From Nostoc sp. (lineage in GTDB: Bacteria > Cyanobacteriota > Cyanobacteriia > Cyanobacteriales > Nostocaceae), in contig JBALDB010000065.1 in assembly GCA_036918135.1 (NCBI GenBank), positions 32,001 to 96,000 of the forward strand: 64,000 nt of DNA. The letters are read 5' to 3'. The first letter of the stretch is position 1, and every line of letters starts with the position of its first letter. The translations under genes were made by a program, and so were the position numbers. The notes beneath the pieces are model-generated. The model searched no databases. It saw only the letters and a list, made by a program, of their open reading frames with translations, and was not told where the DNA came from. Below, one piece after another: positions 17,821 through 27,811 of this stretch.

Positions 17821-18180
17821 TTATGCAACAGCAAATTCTGAATCTTTCCTGAGTTCCTTAGACCGGAATCCTAGTACAATCCGATCCTTTGGTACACCTA
17901 CACTGACAAGTTCTGTAGCAATTCCCTCTTCAGTACCATCACGTTGAATCCAAATTTTACCATCAATAATATCAACGTGAATCAGACAGCCATGTACGCG
18001 GCGAGTCACAGTAGGAGACAAATCATAGGCTGGTTCTCTTCCCAATATCATCAACAGATAGCGGTCTTGTTCGCTGTCGAAAACTGTTTCAAATTGAATA
18101 TTGCCAGTACTGAACGGGATTTTTGTATGTTCAATCAGAATATTCCGAATTAAGTGCCTGTATTGCTCCAAGGTATCCAT
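17821..18180 (-). CDS. xisI: XisI family protein
   Basis: MDTLEQYR, FDSEQDRYLL, RVHGCLIHVDIIDGKIWIQRDGTEEGIA...GVPKDRIVLGF. Confidence 0.92.
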   Translation of the reverse strand: MDTLEQYRHLIRNILIEHTKIPFSTGNIQFETVFDSEQDRYLLMILGREPAYDLSPTVTRRVHGCLIHVDIIDGKIWIQRDGTEEGIATELVSVGVPKDRIVLGFRSKELRKDSEFAVA

Positions 18181-18584
18181 CTGAAAATAACCTCTTGCTC
18201 TAGCTGAAATACAACAACATTAACTTTGTAATCTTCTACTAAAAGTTTAGCAATTGGTTCATCAAAGATATCAGCGTATACTTCGTCACGAACGGCAAGA
18301 TAGAGGACACGTTCGGGATTGGTTCTAATCATTACAGAGCGGTATGCAAGATATTGTCCCAGCGCGTGTTCGAGATCCGTCATGTCTGAGACACTGCGAA
18401 ATGTTTTAATCTCAACAGCTATTCGTTGTCCTTCCTTTTCAGCAGCAATCAATTTCTCTGCACCCAAATCGACGTACATATCTCTTTTTCCCCACTTCAG
18501 ATGAAAGGGATCGTCGGTAATTGTCCAGCCATCTTTGATTAGGGCATTTTTGACGTTCTCGTGATAGCGGTCTCTAACTGGCAT
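18150..18584 (-). CDS. xisH: XisH family protein
   Basis: RDRYHENVKNALIKDGWTITDDP, DLGAEKLIAAEK, IAVEIKTF, ALGQY. Confidence 0.92.
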   Translation of the reverse strand: MPVRDRYHENVKNALIKDGWTITDDPFHLKWGKRDMYVDLGAEKLIAAEKEGQRIAVEIKTFRSVSDMTDLEHALGQYLAYRSVMIRTNPERVLYLAVRDEVYADIFDEPIAKLLVEDYKVNVVVFQLEQEVIFRWIPWSNTGT

Positions 18585-18610
18585 ACATTACTTGAATTAC
18601 GAATTACAAA

Positions 18611-21076
18611 TTACAAATTAGTATCAGTGCCTTCAACTTTAGCCACTTCCACCATTGTCTTTAACACCGAATCTGGATTTAAACTAATAGAATCAATTCC
18701 TTGTTCAACTAAAAACTGAGCAAATTCTGGGTAATCGCTGGGTGCTTGTCCACAAATGCCGATTTTGCGATCGCATTTTTTGGCAGTTTCTATGGCCATT
18801 TTCACCATTCGCTTCACAGCTTCACTGCGTTCATCAAACAACCGTGCCACCAAGCCGGAATCTCTATCTAACCCCAGTGTTAACTGAGTTAGGTCATTGG
18901 AACCAATGGAAAAGCCATCAAATACCTCAGCAAACTCTTGGGCCATAATCACATTGCTGGGCAATTCGCACATTACGTAAACCTGCAAGTCGTTAACACC
19001 CTGCTTTAAATCATTCTTTGCCATTTCTGCTAACACTAACCGCCCTTCATCGGGAGTGCGACAAAAAGGTATCATTGGGATAACGTTTGTCAAACCCATT
19101 TCTTCCCGCACCCGCTTTAAGGCATGACATTCTAAGGCAAAAGCTTCTCTATAACCTTCATCATAGTAACGTGCCGCACCGCGCCAACCGAGCATCGGGT
19201 TTTCTTCATTGGGTTCAAATTGTTGACCGCCTAATAGATTTGCATATTCATTACTTTTAAAATCTGACATTCGCACAATCACTGGTTTCGGATAAAATGC
19301 TGCGGCAATTCTACCCACACCTTGGGCTAATTTATCCACAAAATATTGAGATTTATCCTCATAAAGTGCGGTAAGTTTAGCAATTTTATCTTTAACAAAT
19401 TCATCTTTTAACGAATCATGATGAATCAACGCCATTGGATGAACTTGGATTTGATTAGCAATAATAAATTCTGTCCGCGCTAAACCGACTCCATCGTTAG
19501 GAATTGCCGATAAACTCAATGCTTCTTGGGGATTACCCACATTCATTAAAATTTGCGTGCGGGTGCGGGGTAAATTCTCTAAGGCGACTTCTGCAACTTC
19601 AAAAGGTAATAAATCTGCGTAAACTTTTCCTTCTTCGCCTTCAGCACAAGAAATTGTGATTTCTTGACCGTTTTTTAAGACATCTGTAGCATTCCCACAT
19701 CCAACGATCGCAGGTACACCCAATTCTCGCGCAATAATTGCAGCGTGGCATGTCCTCCCACCAGAGTTGGTAACAATTGCACTGGCACGTTTCATAATTG
19801 GTTCCCAGTCGGGGTCAGTTCTTTCTGTTACTAAAACTTCCCCTGGTTGAAACTGTTCGAGTTTATGAACATCTAAAATTAAACGTACTTTTCCTTGACT
19901 AATTGCTTCTCCAACGGCGCGTCCGGTGAGAAGAGGAACTGGGGATTCCGAAGATTTTTCCCCAGTCCCTAATACTAACCGATAACTCCGCAGCACATTT
20001 CCAGTCTTCTGAGATTGGACGGTTTCAGGACGTGCTTGGACGATAAAAAGTTGGTCAGTTATTCCATCTTTTGCCCACTCGATATCCATTGGCGTGTAAA
20101 TGTCGTGGACTTGGGAATAATGGTCTTCAATTAAACACGTCCAAGTTGCTAGTTGTAAAATCTCTGCATCGCTGAGGGCGAATTTTCCTCTTTCTCTGAA
20201 AGGAACAGAGACATTTTTGGTAAATTTTGAGCCGTCATCATAAATCATTTTCAATTCTTTACTGCCCAATTTTTTATCGATAATTGGGCGAAAACCTGCT
20301 TTTAAAGTTGGTTTAAAAACATAATATTCATCGGGATTTACAGACCCTTGGACAACGTTTTCACCTAAACCGTAGGCAGCTGTAATTAGCGCTGCATCTT
20401 TAAAGCCGGTTTCTGTGTCAATGGAGAACATCACCCCAGAGGTTGCTAAGTCAGAACGCACCATTTTTTGGACGCCAACGGCAAGAGCAATGCTAAAGTG
20501 GTCAAATCCCTTGGTATGACGATAAGAAATAGCGCGATCGGTAAATAGGGAAGCAAAGCATTTATGGCAAGCTGCTAAAACTCCTTCCACACCAACAACA
20601 TTGAGGTAAGTTTCCTGTTGTCCGGCAAAACTCGCATCGGGGAGGTCTTCAGCAGTGGCGCTAGAACGGACTGCAACATCTGTCTCTGCATTGTAGCGAT
20701 CGCAAAGACTTTCATAAGCTGCGGCGATCGCATTTCGCAATTCTACAGGAAATGGGGTGTGGATTAATAGCGATCGCGCTTTTTTTCCCCGTTCGCGTAA
20801 ATTTTTCACATCCTCAACATCTAAGTCAGCAAATAAATCCCGCAGCTTTGCTTCTAATCCTGCTGATTGGATGAAATGACGATATGCATAAGCAGTAGTA
20901 GCAAATCCTGTCGGCACATTAATGCCTTTGGGCGTTAATTGTTGAATCATCTCCCCCAGTGATGCATTTTTCCCACCGACTAAGGGAATATCACTAATAC
21001 CAACTTCATCAAACCAAAGGACGAGCGATCGCTCTTTGACAGATTGAGCTAAAGTGCTTGGAGATACTATCGTCAT
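18611..21076 (-). CDS. ppsA: Phosphoenolpyruvate synthase
   Basis: VGGKNASLGEM, AVRSSATAEDLPDASFAGQQET, GGRTCHAAIIARELG, FSIGSNDLTQ, GICGQAPSD. Confidence 0.97.
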   Translation of the reverse strand: MTIVSPSTLAQSVKERSLVLWFDEVGISDIPLVGGKNASLGEMIQQLTPKGINVPTGFATTAYAYRHFIQSAGLEAKLRDLFADLDVEDVKNLRERGKKARSLLIHTPFPVELRNAIAAAYESLCDRYNAETDVAVRSSATAEDLPDASFAGQQETYLNVVGVEGVLAACHKCFASLFTDRAISYRHTKGFDHFSIALAVGVQKMVRSDLATSGVMFSIDTETGFKDAALITAAYGLGENVVQGSVNPDEYYVFKPTLKAGFRPIIDKKLGSKELKMIYDDGSKFTKNVSVPFRERGKFALSDAEILQLATWTCLIEDHYSQVHDIYTPMDIEWAKDGITDQLFIVQARPETVQSQKTGNVLRSYRLVLGTGEKSSESPVPLLTGRAVGEAISQGKVRLILDVHKLEQFQPGEVLVTERTDPDWEPIMKRASAIVTNSGGRTCHAAIIARELGVPAIVGCGNATDVLKNGQEITISCAEGEEGKVYADLLPFEVAEVALENLPRTRTQILMNVGNPQEALSLSAIPNDGVGLARTEFIIANQIQVHPMALIHHDSLKDEFVKDKIAKLTALYEDKSQYFVDKLAQGVGRIAAAFYPKPVIVRMSDFKSNEYANLLGGQQFEPNEENPMLGWRGAARYYDEGYREAFALECHALKRVREEMGLTNVIPMIPFCRTPDEGRLVLAEMAKNDLKQGVNDLQVYVMCELPSNVIMAQEFAEVFDGFSIGSNDLTQLTLGLDRDSGLVARLFDERSEAVKRMVKMAIETAKKCDRKIGICGQAPSDYPEFAQFLVEQGIDSISLNPDSVLKTMVEVAKVEGTDTNL

Positions 21077-21130
21077 CTATATTACCTCTTGAGTTGATAT
21101 ATTATGAATGCCTAATTAGTAGTTTTATAT

Positions 21131-21299
21131 CTTGCACCCGCTTAATCTCCCGCCAAGAAATAAATTTCACAGGCTTTTAGTCTAAGTCCACTGAAGTGGG
21201 CTGAGAAACATACTAATAACAGGGTTTAGTCTTCTTGAGAGGACTTTCGCTATTAGTTATAGGTTTCTAATCTATGACGGTTTTTGTAACTGGTGTCAG
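21131..21299. mobile_element. Degenerate MITE-like repeat
   Basis: cttgcacc / ggtgtcag ends with internal short palindromes (agtccactgaagtgggct). Confidence 0.3.
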
Positions 21300-21459
21300 C
21301 TTTCACTAGTATATTTTTCCCATATTCAATTTTAGATTTTGCCGCCAATACCCTCAGAGTAGCGTGATTTTAGATTGTGCAATTAAATGCCAAGCTATAG
21401 TTCAAAAATAACAATTATTCGAGATAATGGCTGTATTGCAATCCTAGATACAATTTACA

Positions 21460-21864
21460 ATGGCGCAATTAGAAAGACTCCTGCTGATGGCAGAAGACGA
21501 GCTAACTGAGTACAGTACTGATGCTCGCAAAATGGAAAAACTACGCCGTAAAATAGGTTTATCAGTATCGGCAGCCGAACAGCAGCAAGTTAAAGAGGCA
21601 TTATTAGCTACAAATAAATCTAATATCATTACTCAAATTGTCGAAGAACAAAGACAAACCGTAGCCTTACCATTTTGGGGAATTGCTGGGTTAGGTTTGT
21701 TGCTGGGAATTTCTTTAAATCAACCCATAGGCTTGTTAGCTGCTATAGCTGGAACTGTATCAGCTTACAGAATTCAGAAATGGGGTTGGCAATTGCAAGC
21801 AAGGCGTTTATTATTACAAACTTTGGAAGATATTGAAGCGCGGGTTGCTCAACCGAATAAATGA
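21460..21864 (+). CDS. Hypothetical membrane protein
   Basis: 134-aa ORF, helical N-terminus and a hydrophobic hairpin. Confidence 0.7.
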   Translation: MAQLERLLLMAEDELTEYSTDARKMEKLRRKIGLSVSAAEQQQVKEALLATNKSNIITQIVEEQRQTVALPFWGIAGLGLLLGISLNQPIGLLAAIAGTVSAYRIQKWGWQLQARRLLLQTLEDIEARVAQPNK

Positions 21865-22144
21865 TAAGTAAATCGAGAAGAATAAACTTAACTATATTAA
21901 TAAATATAAATACACTTGATTGGGCTAATTATTAAGACACAAACAGACTTTTAAGCCTGTTACCTATGGGTATATGTCATGTAAAGGAGAACCGCTATAT
22001 TAATCAAATAGAAAAGGGTGCGATGCTCCTCGCCCCCTTGCCTCACGCACGATTATCATTTTCATTAAAACTCTTTTGAGTATTTTAACTGGTTGACAAA
22101 ATGTGCTTTATTTTAACCTTTGACCAATCGTTGGGACTACGGAA

Positions 22145-23125
22145 TTAGGTTTTAAATTGAGAGATTTGACGACGGCGGGAAATAAAGTAAACTCCCAATA
22201 AAGCTAGCCCTCCCAAAGTTGTAGGTTCTGGAACACAATTCTTTTCAGGAGTAACATGTGGAATTTTAATAGGAACATATGGAGTTTCATCTACAACAGA
22301 TGGAATATTAGGAACATACGGAGGTTCAATTACAATAGGTGGAGTTTTAACTGGAGCAGGTGGAGTTTTAACGTCTTTGGGACAATTAGCTGAGCTACCT
22401 TGATTCAAAATTCCTAAGGTTGCATTGGCGTCTAAACAGATACCTACTGTGGCGAAATCTCCAATTCCTACTCCCAAGTTGGCTTGTGCATCAGCTTGAG
22501 TACTTTGTTGATTGCTTTGAATTCCCAGCGCAGCTTCACCAGTGATTTTGACAAACTCTGTTGGGTTATCTAAAGATGGTAGCTTAATTTGACTTGGGTC
22601 TACTTTTGCAGTTGTTATAGAATCGGTTGAAGCTCCTGCTACTTGACCAACGGTAGTATTAGTTGTCTCTTGGACAAGAGCTGTAACATTTTTTCCAACT
22701 TCAACATTACCAGTGGTTTTGCTTGCACTTTCTACAACTGGAGTAACTGGAGTTTTGCTTGCACTTTCTACAACTGGAGTAACTGGAGTTTTGCTTGCAC
22801 TTTCTACAACTGGAGTAACCGGAGTTTTGCTTGCACTTTCTACTACTGGAGTAACTGGAGTTTTACTTGCACTTTCTACTACTGGAGTAACTGGAGTCTT
22901 GCTTGCGCTTTCTACTACTGGAGTAACTGGAGTTTTGCTTGCACTTTCTACAACTGGAGTAACTAAAGTCTTGCTTGCGCTTTCTACTACTGGAGTAACT
23001 GGAGTCTTTGTAACTGTTTTTGTTAAACTATTCAAATCAATAGCTGAAGCAGGTGTGATAGAAGAACATACTCCAAGCAAACTAACGAAAATAATTAAAG
23101 CGTTAGTAGAAATTTGCTTATTCAT
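22145..23125 (-). CDS. PEP-CTERM surface protein with Ser/Thr/Pro-rich repeats
   Basis: Signal peptide from MNKQ to ASA; C-terminal VPEPTTLGGLALLGVYFISRRR. Confidence 0.88.
   Translation of the reverse strand: MNKQISTNALIIFVSLLGVCSSITPASAIDLNSLTKTVTKTPVTPVVESASKTLVTPVVESASKTPVTPVVESASKTPVTPVVESASKTPVTPVVESASKTPVTPVVESASKTPVTPVVESASKTPVTPVVESASKTTGNVEVGKNVTALVQETTNTTVGQVAGASTDSITTAKVDPSQIKLPSLDNPTEFVKITGEAALGIQSNQQSTQADAQANLGVGIGDFATVGICLDANATLGILNQGSSANCPKDVKTPPAPVKTPPIVIEPPYVPNIPSVVDETPYVPIKIPHVTPEKNCVPEPTTLGGLALLGVYFISRRRQISQFKT
22716..23009. repeat. 8 x 36-bp coding tandem repeat (KTPVTPVVESAS)
   Basis: Unit gttttgcttgcactttctacaactggagtaactgga with mostly synonymous variation. Confidence 0.95.
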
Positions 23126-23522
23126 TGGTAACTCCTGGGAAAATCTAGGGTTTGTTTCGACTCTCATACTAGTAAGTCTCAATAGCACTTGAAAGTCGCG
23201 ATTTTACCAGTTTTCTTAATTGACATTTAATTGATGAAATAACGGCTATTTGATTTTGATTTGATGAAGCTTTAACAATATCAATATTATTGTCGGCAGT
23301 ATTAATACGATAAATGTATTTGATCGGAAAAACATCTATGTAATTTTGCTATAAATCACTTATAAAAATTAGCAAAACAAAGGCGATCGCATTATCAGAT
23401 TACTGGGTTTTGCAGGCACAATCCGAATTACCTGCACTCCTAGAGTGTAGATCTATCCTTAAATCCAACTTAGATAACGCCGATAATTTATCTTTTGGGT
23501 TTAACTCAACCGTCTTGCAATC

Positions 23523-23634
23523 AAGACTTATGCACTGAGATCCCCCAACCCCCTTAAAAAGGGAAACTTCTAAAGCCCCCTTTTTAAGGGGGTAGTGGGG
23601 GGATCTAGGTTTCAGGCTTCAGTGCGTAAGTCTT
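23523..23634. mobile_element. MITE-like element with internal GC-rich hairpin
   Basis: TIRs aagacttatgcactga / tcagtgcgtaagtctt; internal gatccccc...cccttaaaaaggg / ccctttttaaggggg...gggggatc. Confidence 0.7.
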
Positions 23635-23916
23635 AGCAATAAAGACCGCATGACCTGGCGATAGTTTGTATTCACCATAACTACAGGTAGTTTGAACCTC
23701 AAAGCCTAGTTGCTGGAGTTCATTTGTAATAGTTGCTGTGTTGTCCGGGAAGCAAGCTACATTGTTCAACCCAACCTACGCAGTTAAGCTCATTCATATA
23801 TTATAGTAAAAATAATTGGATGAATGCGCGGCGAAGTATCGCAGGTTTTGTCAGAAATATGAGCGCAAGCAAAGTCTGAGAAAAGGAATTATTGGGGTAG
23901 TAGCTTTTTACCGTCG

Positions 23917-24405
23917 ATGACTAAGGCTGGTAAGGGTAAAAAGTCATCGTTTGGGCAAATGAGTTTACCTTGGAATAACCAGAAAGTAACTAACTTGCTT
24001 CGCACAGCAGGGCATGATGTAATCACTATCAATGAAATAGGTTTAGGAAGTTGCCCGGATTTAACCGTATTTAATTACGCTAGGCAACAAGGGCTAGTGG
24101 TGCTGACTCGCAACTGTGATGACTTTGAGCAACTTCATCAAGCTGAGCCAGTTCATCCAGGTATTTTGGCAGTCTATATAAACTCGGACTCATCAAAAAA
24201 TATGAGCTATCGGTCAATTGCAGCAATCTCCAATCTTGAGGTGATGAGCTATGTACTTAAAAACCAGTTCGTTATTCTCAATCAATGGAATTATTTACTT
24301 CTCCCCATTTCCACCCTAACTTTTTCTAAATTCTCCCGCATCGTCACATACCGAACATGCTCAACCCCCCAAACTCGCTCACAAATTCCTAAAGCTTCCA
24401 AATAA
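23917..24405 (+). pseudogene. DUF5615 PIN-like protein fragment
   Basis: LRTAGHDV, PDLTVFNYA, VLTRNCDDF, HPGIL; lacks the usual N-terminal LLDE strand; reads through into the antisense TPR gene. Confidence 0.6.
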
Positions 24406-26060
24406 AGAGATTCTGCCTCACTATAACGCCCCGTTGCCCGATAAATTTCAGCCAAATTGTTCAGACTTTCTGCAACATGAGGATGATTTTCTCCCAACAA
24501 CAGCTTATCAAGTTCTAAGGCTTTGATACATAAAGTTTCCGCTTCCTTGTAGCGTCCCTGTTCTCTATACAAATAACCTAAAGCATAGATAGTATCTGCT
24601 AAAAGCGGATGCGCCTTTTGTAATACACGCTGCTTCAGTTCCAAAGATTGTAAAAATAAAGATTCGGCTTCATTGTAGCGTCCTTGAGCGCGGTAGATTA
24701 AACCTAAATTGTGCAAATCTGTCGCCACATCAGGACTTTCTTCTCCTAAAAATTGCTTATCTAATTCTATTGCTTGTTGTGACAAAGGTTCAGCTTCACT
24801 GTAGCGTCCTTGATGATAATAAAGTAGGGCTAAATTATTCAATATTAGAGCCACAGAAGGATGATTTTCGCCGAGCAAACTTTTGGCGATTTCTAGCGAT
24901 CGCAAATACAAAGGTTCTGCATCATCATAACGTCCTTGTTCGTCATATAATAATGCCAAATTATTCAGACTAGCAACAACATCAGCATGATTTTCTCCCA
25001 ATAAGCGTTTTCTCAGTTCCAAAGCTTGTTGATAGAGAAGTTCTGCTTTACTATATTGTCCCGTAGATTTATAAATTCCTGCTAAATTATTCAGGCTAGT
25101 AGCGAAAGCAGAATGGTTTTCTCCTAACAAACGTTTTATTAATTGCAAAGCTTGTTGATATAGTGGTTCTGCTTCGCTGTAACGTCCTGTTGCACGATAT
25201 AATCCTGCTAAATTGTTCAAATTAGCAGCTAAATCTATTTGCAAACCTAATTCATTTTGCAATTCAATCGCTTGACGCCAATACTTGATTGCTAGTTCTT
25301 GTTCTTCTTGATAATTCTGAGACTCACCGCGTTCTAATCTGCTGCGGTAAATATCGCCCAATCTTGAGTATAAAGTAGCCAAACTGGGGTCTTTAGTTCC
25401 TCGTTGCTGTTGAATATTTTCAATTAGCCTTCGTAAATCTTGGATAGGTAAGGAAAAGTGGTTATTTTCATTAGTATCTGTACTGGCTAATTCTGTATCT
25501 CGAAAAACAAAGCGTATAGGTTCTAATTCTTTTCCAGCAATAGCATTGGTTTTTTTAGATGCAAACCGAAATACACCGTTACGCCAACTCCAAAAATCAG
25601 GAGCTTTTTTGCTCAAGTTAATTAAAATTTGATTAGTTACCCAAAGGACAATTGCAAAAGGAAAATCGCGCAATCCTTCCCTCGTCCACTGTAGGTAACC
25701 AAAAAATTTTTCCTGTTCTGATTGTTCGTTTCCTAATCTGAGAAAATAAAGTTGTTCAGCACCCATTACAGTAATTACCGTTGGCTGACGCTGACGCAGA
25801 TATTCTTCTTGTTCTACCAGTTGGTTGAGAGCAGCTTTCAAACTCGGTTCAGGACGTGCTAAAATCACTCGATATGCACGAAAATTAGGTTGAAGTTCGG
25901 CTTCATATCGAGTAATAATTTCATCACGAAAGTTAGGATCGTCGCAAACTGCAATTAGTAAATTTAATCCCTGCGTTTGAGCTTCAATAGAAACAATTAA
26001 ATCATCATACGCATCTTGATTTTCTCCTTCATCATCTAAAAAATCTTCATCGAACATCAA
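24291..26060 (-). CDS. TPR-repeat protein with N-terminal alpha/beta domain
   Basis: Multiple kinesin-light-chain-like TPRs (SLNNLA.LY...GRYSEAEPLY); N-terminal APDFWSWR motif. Confidence 0.9.
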   Translation of the reverse strand: MMFDEDFLDDEGENQDAYDDLIVSIEAQTQGLNLLIAVCDDPNFRDEIITRYEAELQPNFRAYRVILARPEPSLKAALNQLVEQEEYLRQRQPTVITVMGAEQLYFLRLGNEQSEQEKFFGYLQWTREGLRDFPFAIVLWVTNQILINLSKKAPDFWSWRNGVFRFASKKTNAIAGKELEPIRFVFRDTELASTDTNENNHFSLPIQDLRRLIENIQQQRGTKDPSLATLYSRLGDIYRSRLERGESQNYQEEQELAIKYWRQAIELQNELGLQIDLAANLNNLAGLYRATGRYSEAEPLYQQALQLIKRLLGENHSAFATSLNNLAGIYKSTGQYSKAELLYQQALELRKRLLGENHADVVASLNNLALLYDEQGRYDDAEPLYLRSLEIAKSLLGENHPSVALILNNLALLYYHQGRYSEAEPLSQQAIELDKQFLGEESPDVATDLHNLGLIYRAQGRYNEAESLFLQSLELKQRVLQKAHPLLADTIYALGYLYREQGRYKEAETLCIKALELDKLLLGENHPHVAESLNNLAEIYRATGRYSEAESLYLEALGICERVWGVEHVRYVTMRENLEKVRVEMGRSK

Positions 26061-27339
26061 TAGCTCCCTGTCTGCTCAAACTTTCTATAATAATTGGATG
26101 AACATCGTACCATGTTTCTTCAGTGCGATATTCTAGAACGTATAAACCATGTAGCAAATCTAAAAACTCAGCTTGTTTGGGATCGTTGGGCATAAATTGT
26201 TCATAAACAGTTTGCAAAATGTCTATATCAACTTTTCCTAAACGTATAGAAAAATCATTACGAATTTTATTAATAGCTTGAGTGAGAATTGCATCGTTAA
26301 TGATAACTTCAGCAGTCGGATTTCGGCGAATCATCCGCAAACAAATACGGCAACATTCTTTAGAAATGCGAATTAACTCTCGCAATACACCACCACTGTA
26401 AATCACAATTTTTTCAGCAGTTTGTGGTAAGATTAATTCTACAGAAATTCGTTTGCATAAAACTTCACCGAGAATCTTTGTCGCTTCCAGACGCGGTTGA
26501 GTATTAGGAAAGCGATTTTTACCTTTTTCAAAGATTTTGAGAACTGGCATTGCTACAATTTGGTCATTAGTTTCTGTAGCAATTATTGTACTGATAAATG
26601 TTTCTCGAAGTACAGCAATTGGTATAGTGTAAATAATCCGAAAATTAGGTTGACAAAGAGCTTTAATATTATCTTTGTAAATTTCGTTAACTCTGCTTAA
26701 ATCGAGTTTATCTAAATCATCAATAATGACTAAGATATCTTGTTTAGTAGCAACTTGAATCAAAGCAGCAATTTCGTTAATTCTTGCAACTAAATCGGAT
26801 ATTTGGCGTTCAAACTCTTGCTTGATTTCATCCCGAACGGTAGCATCAGCTTTTAATTTAGAGCTAATCAACTTAAGAAGGTTAAAACCTATCTCTGCTT
26901 CGGCGTGCCAATTGTATTCTTCAGTGCGAGTGCGAGTAGCAAACCATTTATAAAGAGCTTCTTTAGTAGTTTGAGGAATATCAACTCGGCGTGCTTCTGC
27001 CTCTGACATTAGATTAACTGCAATAGCAAATAGAATATTAATATGGTTAACTGCTGACATTTCAATTTTGTCAGCAATAGAAAATAGAACTACAAAATAC
27101 TTATTTTGAATTTGTCTGCTAAACTCAGCCAACAAAGTTGACTTACCACAACCACGATGTCCTGTAAAGACAATTTTACTATCTCCATTAGGACTGTCTT
27201 CAACTAATTGGTTGAGGTCTGCTATCAAATCATCACCATATTCGACTCTAAATTTTTCCATTTCGTTCTGTTCCATTAACGGAAACAGTTCGAGATTGCT
27301 GTATGCTGACTGAAAGGAAATTAATAAGTCTTTAGACAT
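26047..27339 (-). CDS. P-loop (AAA/STAND-like) ATPase
   Basis: GHRGCGKST Walker A, VIIDDLDK Walker B, SGGVLRELIR, WYDVHP; overlaps the TPR gene. Confidence 0.88.
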   Translation of the reverse strand: MSKDLLISFQSAYSNLELFPLMEQNEMEKFRVEYGDDLIADLNQLVEDSPNGDSKIVFTGHRGCGKSTLLAEFSRQIQNKYFVVLFSIADKIEMSAVNHINILFAIAVNLMSEAEARRVDIPQTTKEALYKWFATRTRTEEYNWHAEAEIGFNLLKLISSKLKADATVRDEIKQEFERQISDLVARINEIAALIQVATKQDILVIIDDLDKLDLSRVNEIYKDNIKALCQPNFRIIYTIPIAVLRETFISTIIATETNDQIVAMPVLKIFEKGKNRFPNTQPRLEATKILGEVLCKRISVELILPQTAEKIVIYSGGVLRELIRISKECCRICLRMIRRNPTAEVIINDAILTQAINKIRNDFSIRLGKVDIDILQTVYEQFMPNDPKQAEFLDLLHGLYVLEYRTEETWYDVHPIIIESLSRQGAIDVR

Positions 27340-27811
27340 TGGATAGTGCCATAAAAAAGCTAACTATTCATATAATGCCTCATCCTTTTTGTAGTAAAAG
27401 CTTAGCTGATGTCTAGAACAGAGTACGTCTATCAAATCTCTCAAATTTCATCAAAAAATGACTACTAGGTAAGTGATTGATTATGTTTTAAAAATTAATG
27501 CTATCTTCCCTAAATACCAACGAAAAATAGGTAATAGATGTGAAAAATAAATAATTTTGAATGATAGATTATACATTGATTATTTAATTATTTACAGTAA
27601 AAGATACATATCAAATAGTGAAAGTTACTTAACTGAGAAAGAAAATAAAATTTTCAATTATAAAAGTAAATTTTTAATGTACTTCACCTCACTAGGGCGA
27701 AATGTCACTTATTTAAAGCCATTTTTAAGTAAATAGACTATGCTGGAGGACGATATCAGTTACAACACTGCTAAAATAAATCCATAACTATATTGATGCC
27801 CTATCCATTCT

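Noticed and set aside
17821..18584. fdxN-type excision element
   Set aside because: No recombinase or interrupted gene nearby; stand-alone xisHI pairs are common in cyanobacteria
22716..23009. CRISPR array (36-bp periodicity)
   Set aside because: Units are contiguous without unique spacers, in frame within a PEP-CTERM gene, and no cas genes are present
22643..23192. Plus-strand repeat ORFs (CTFYNWSNWSFA and VLLALSTTGVTG repeats) as RiPP-like precursors
   Set aside because: Antisense shadows of the coding tandem repeat; the minus-strand protein has a signal peptide and a sorting motif
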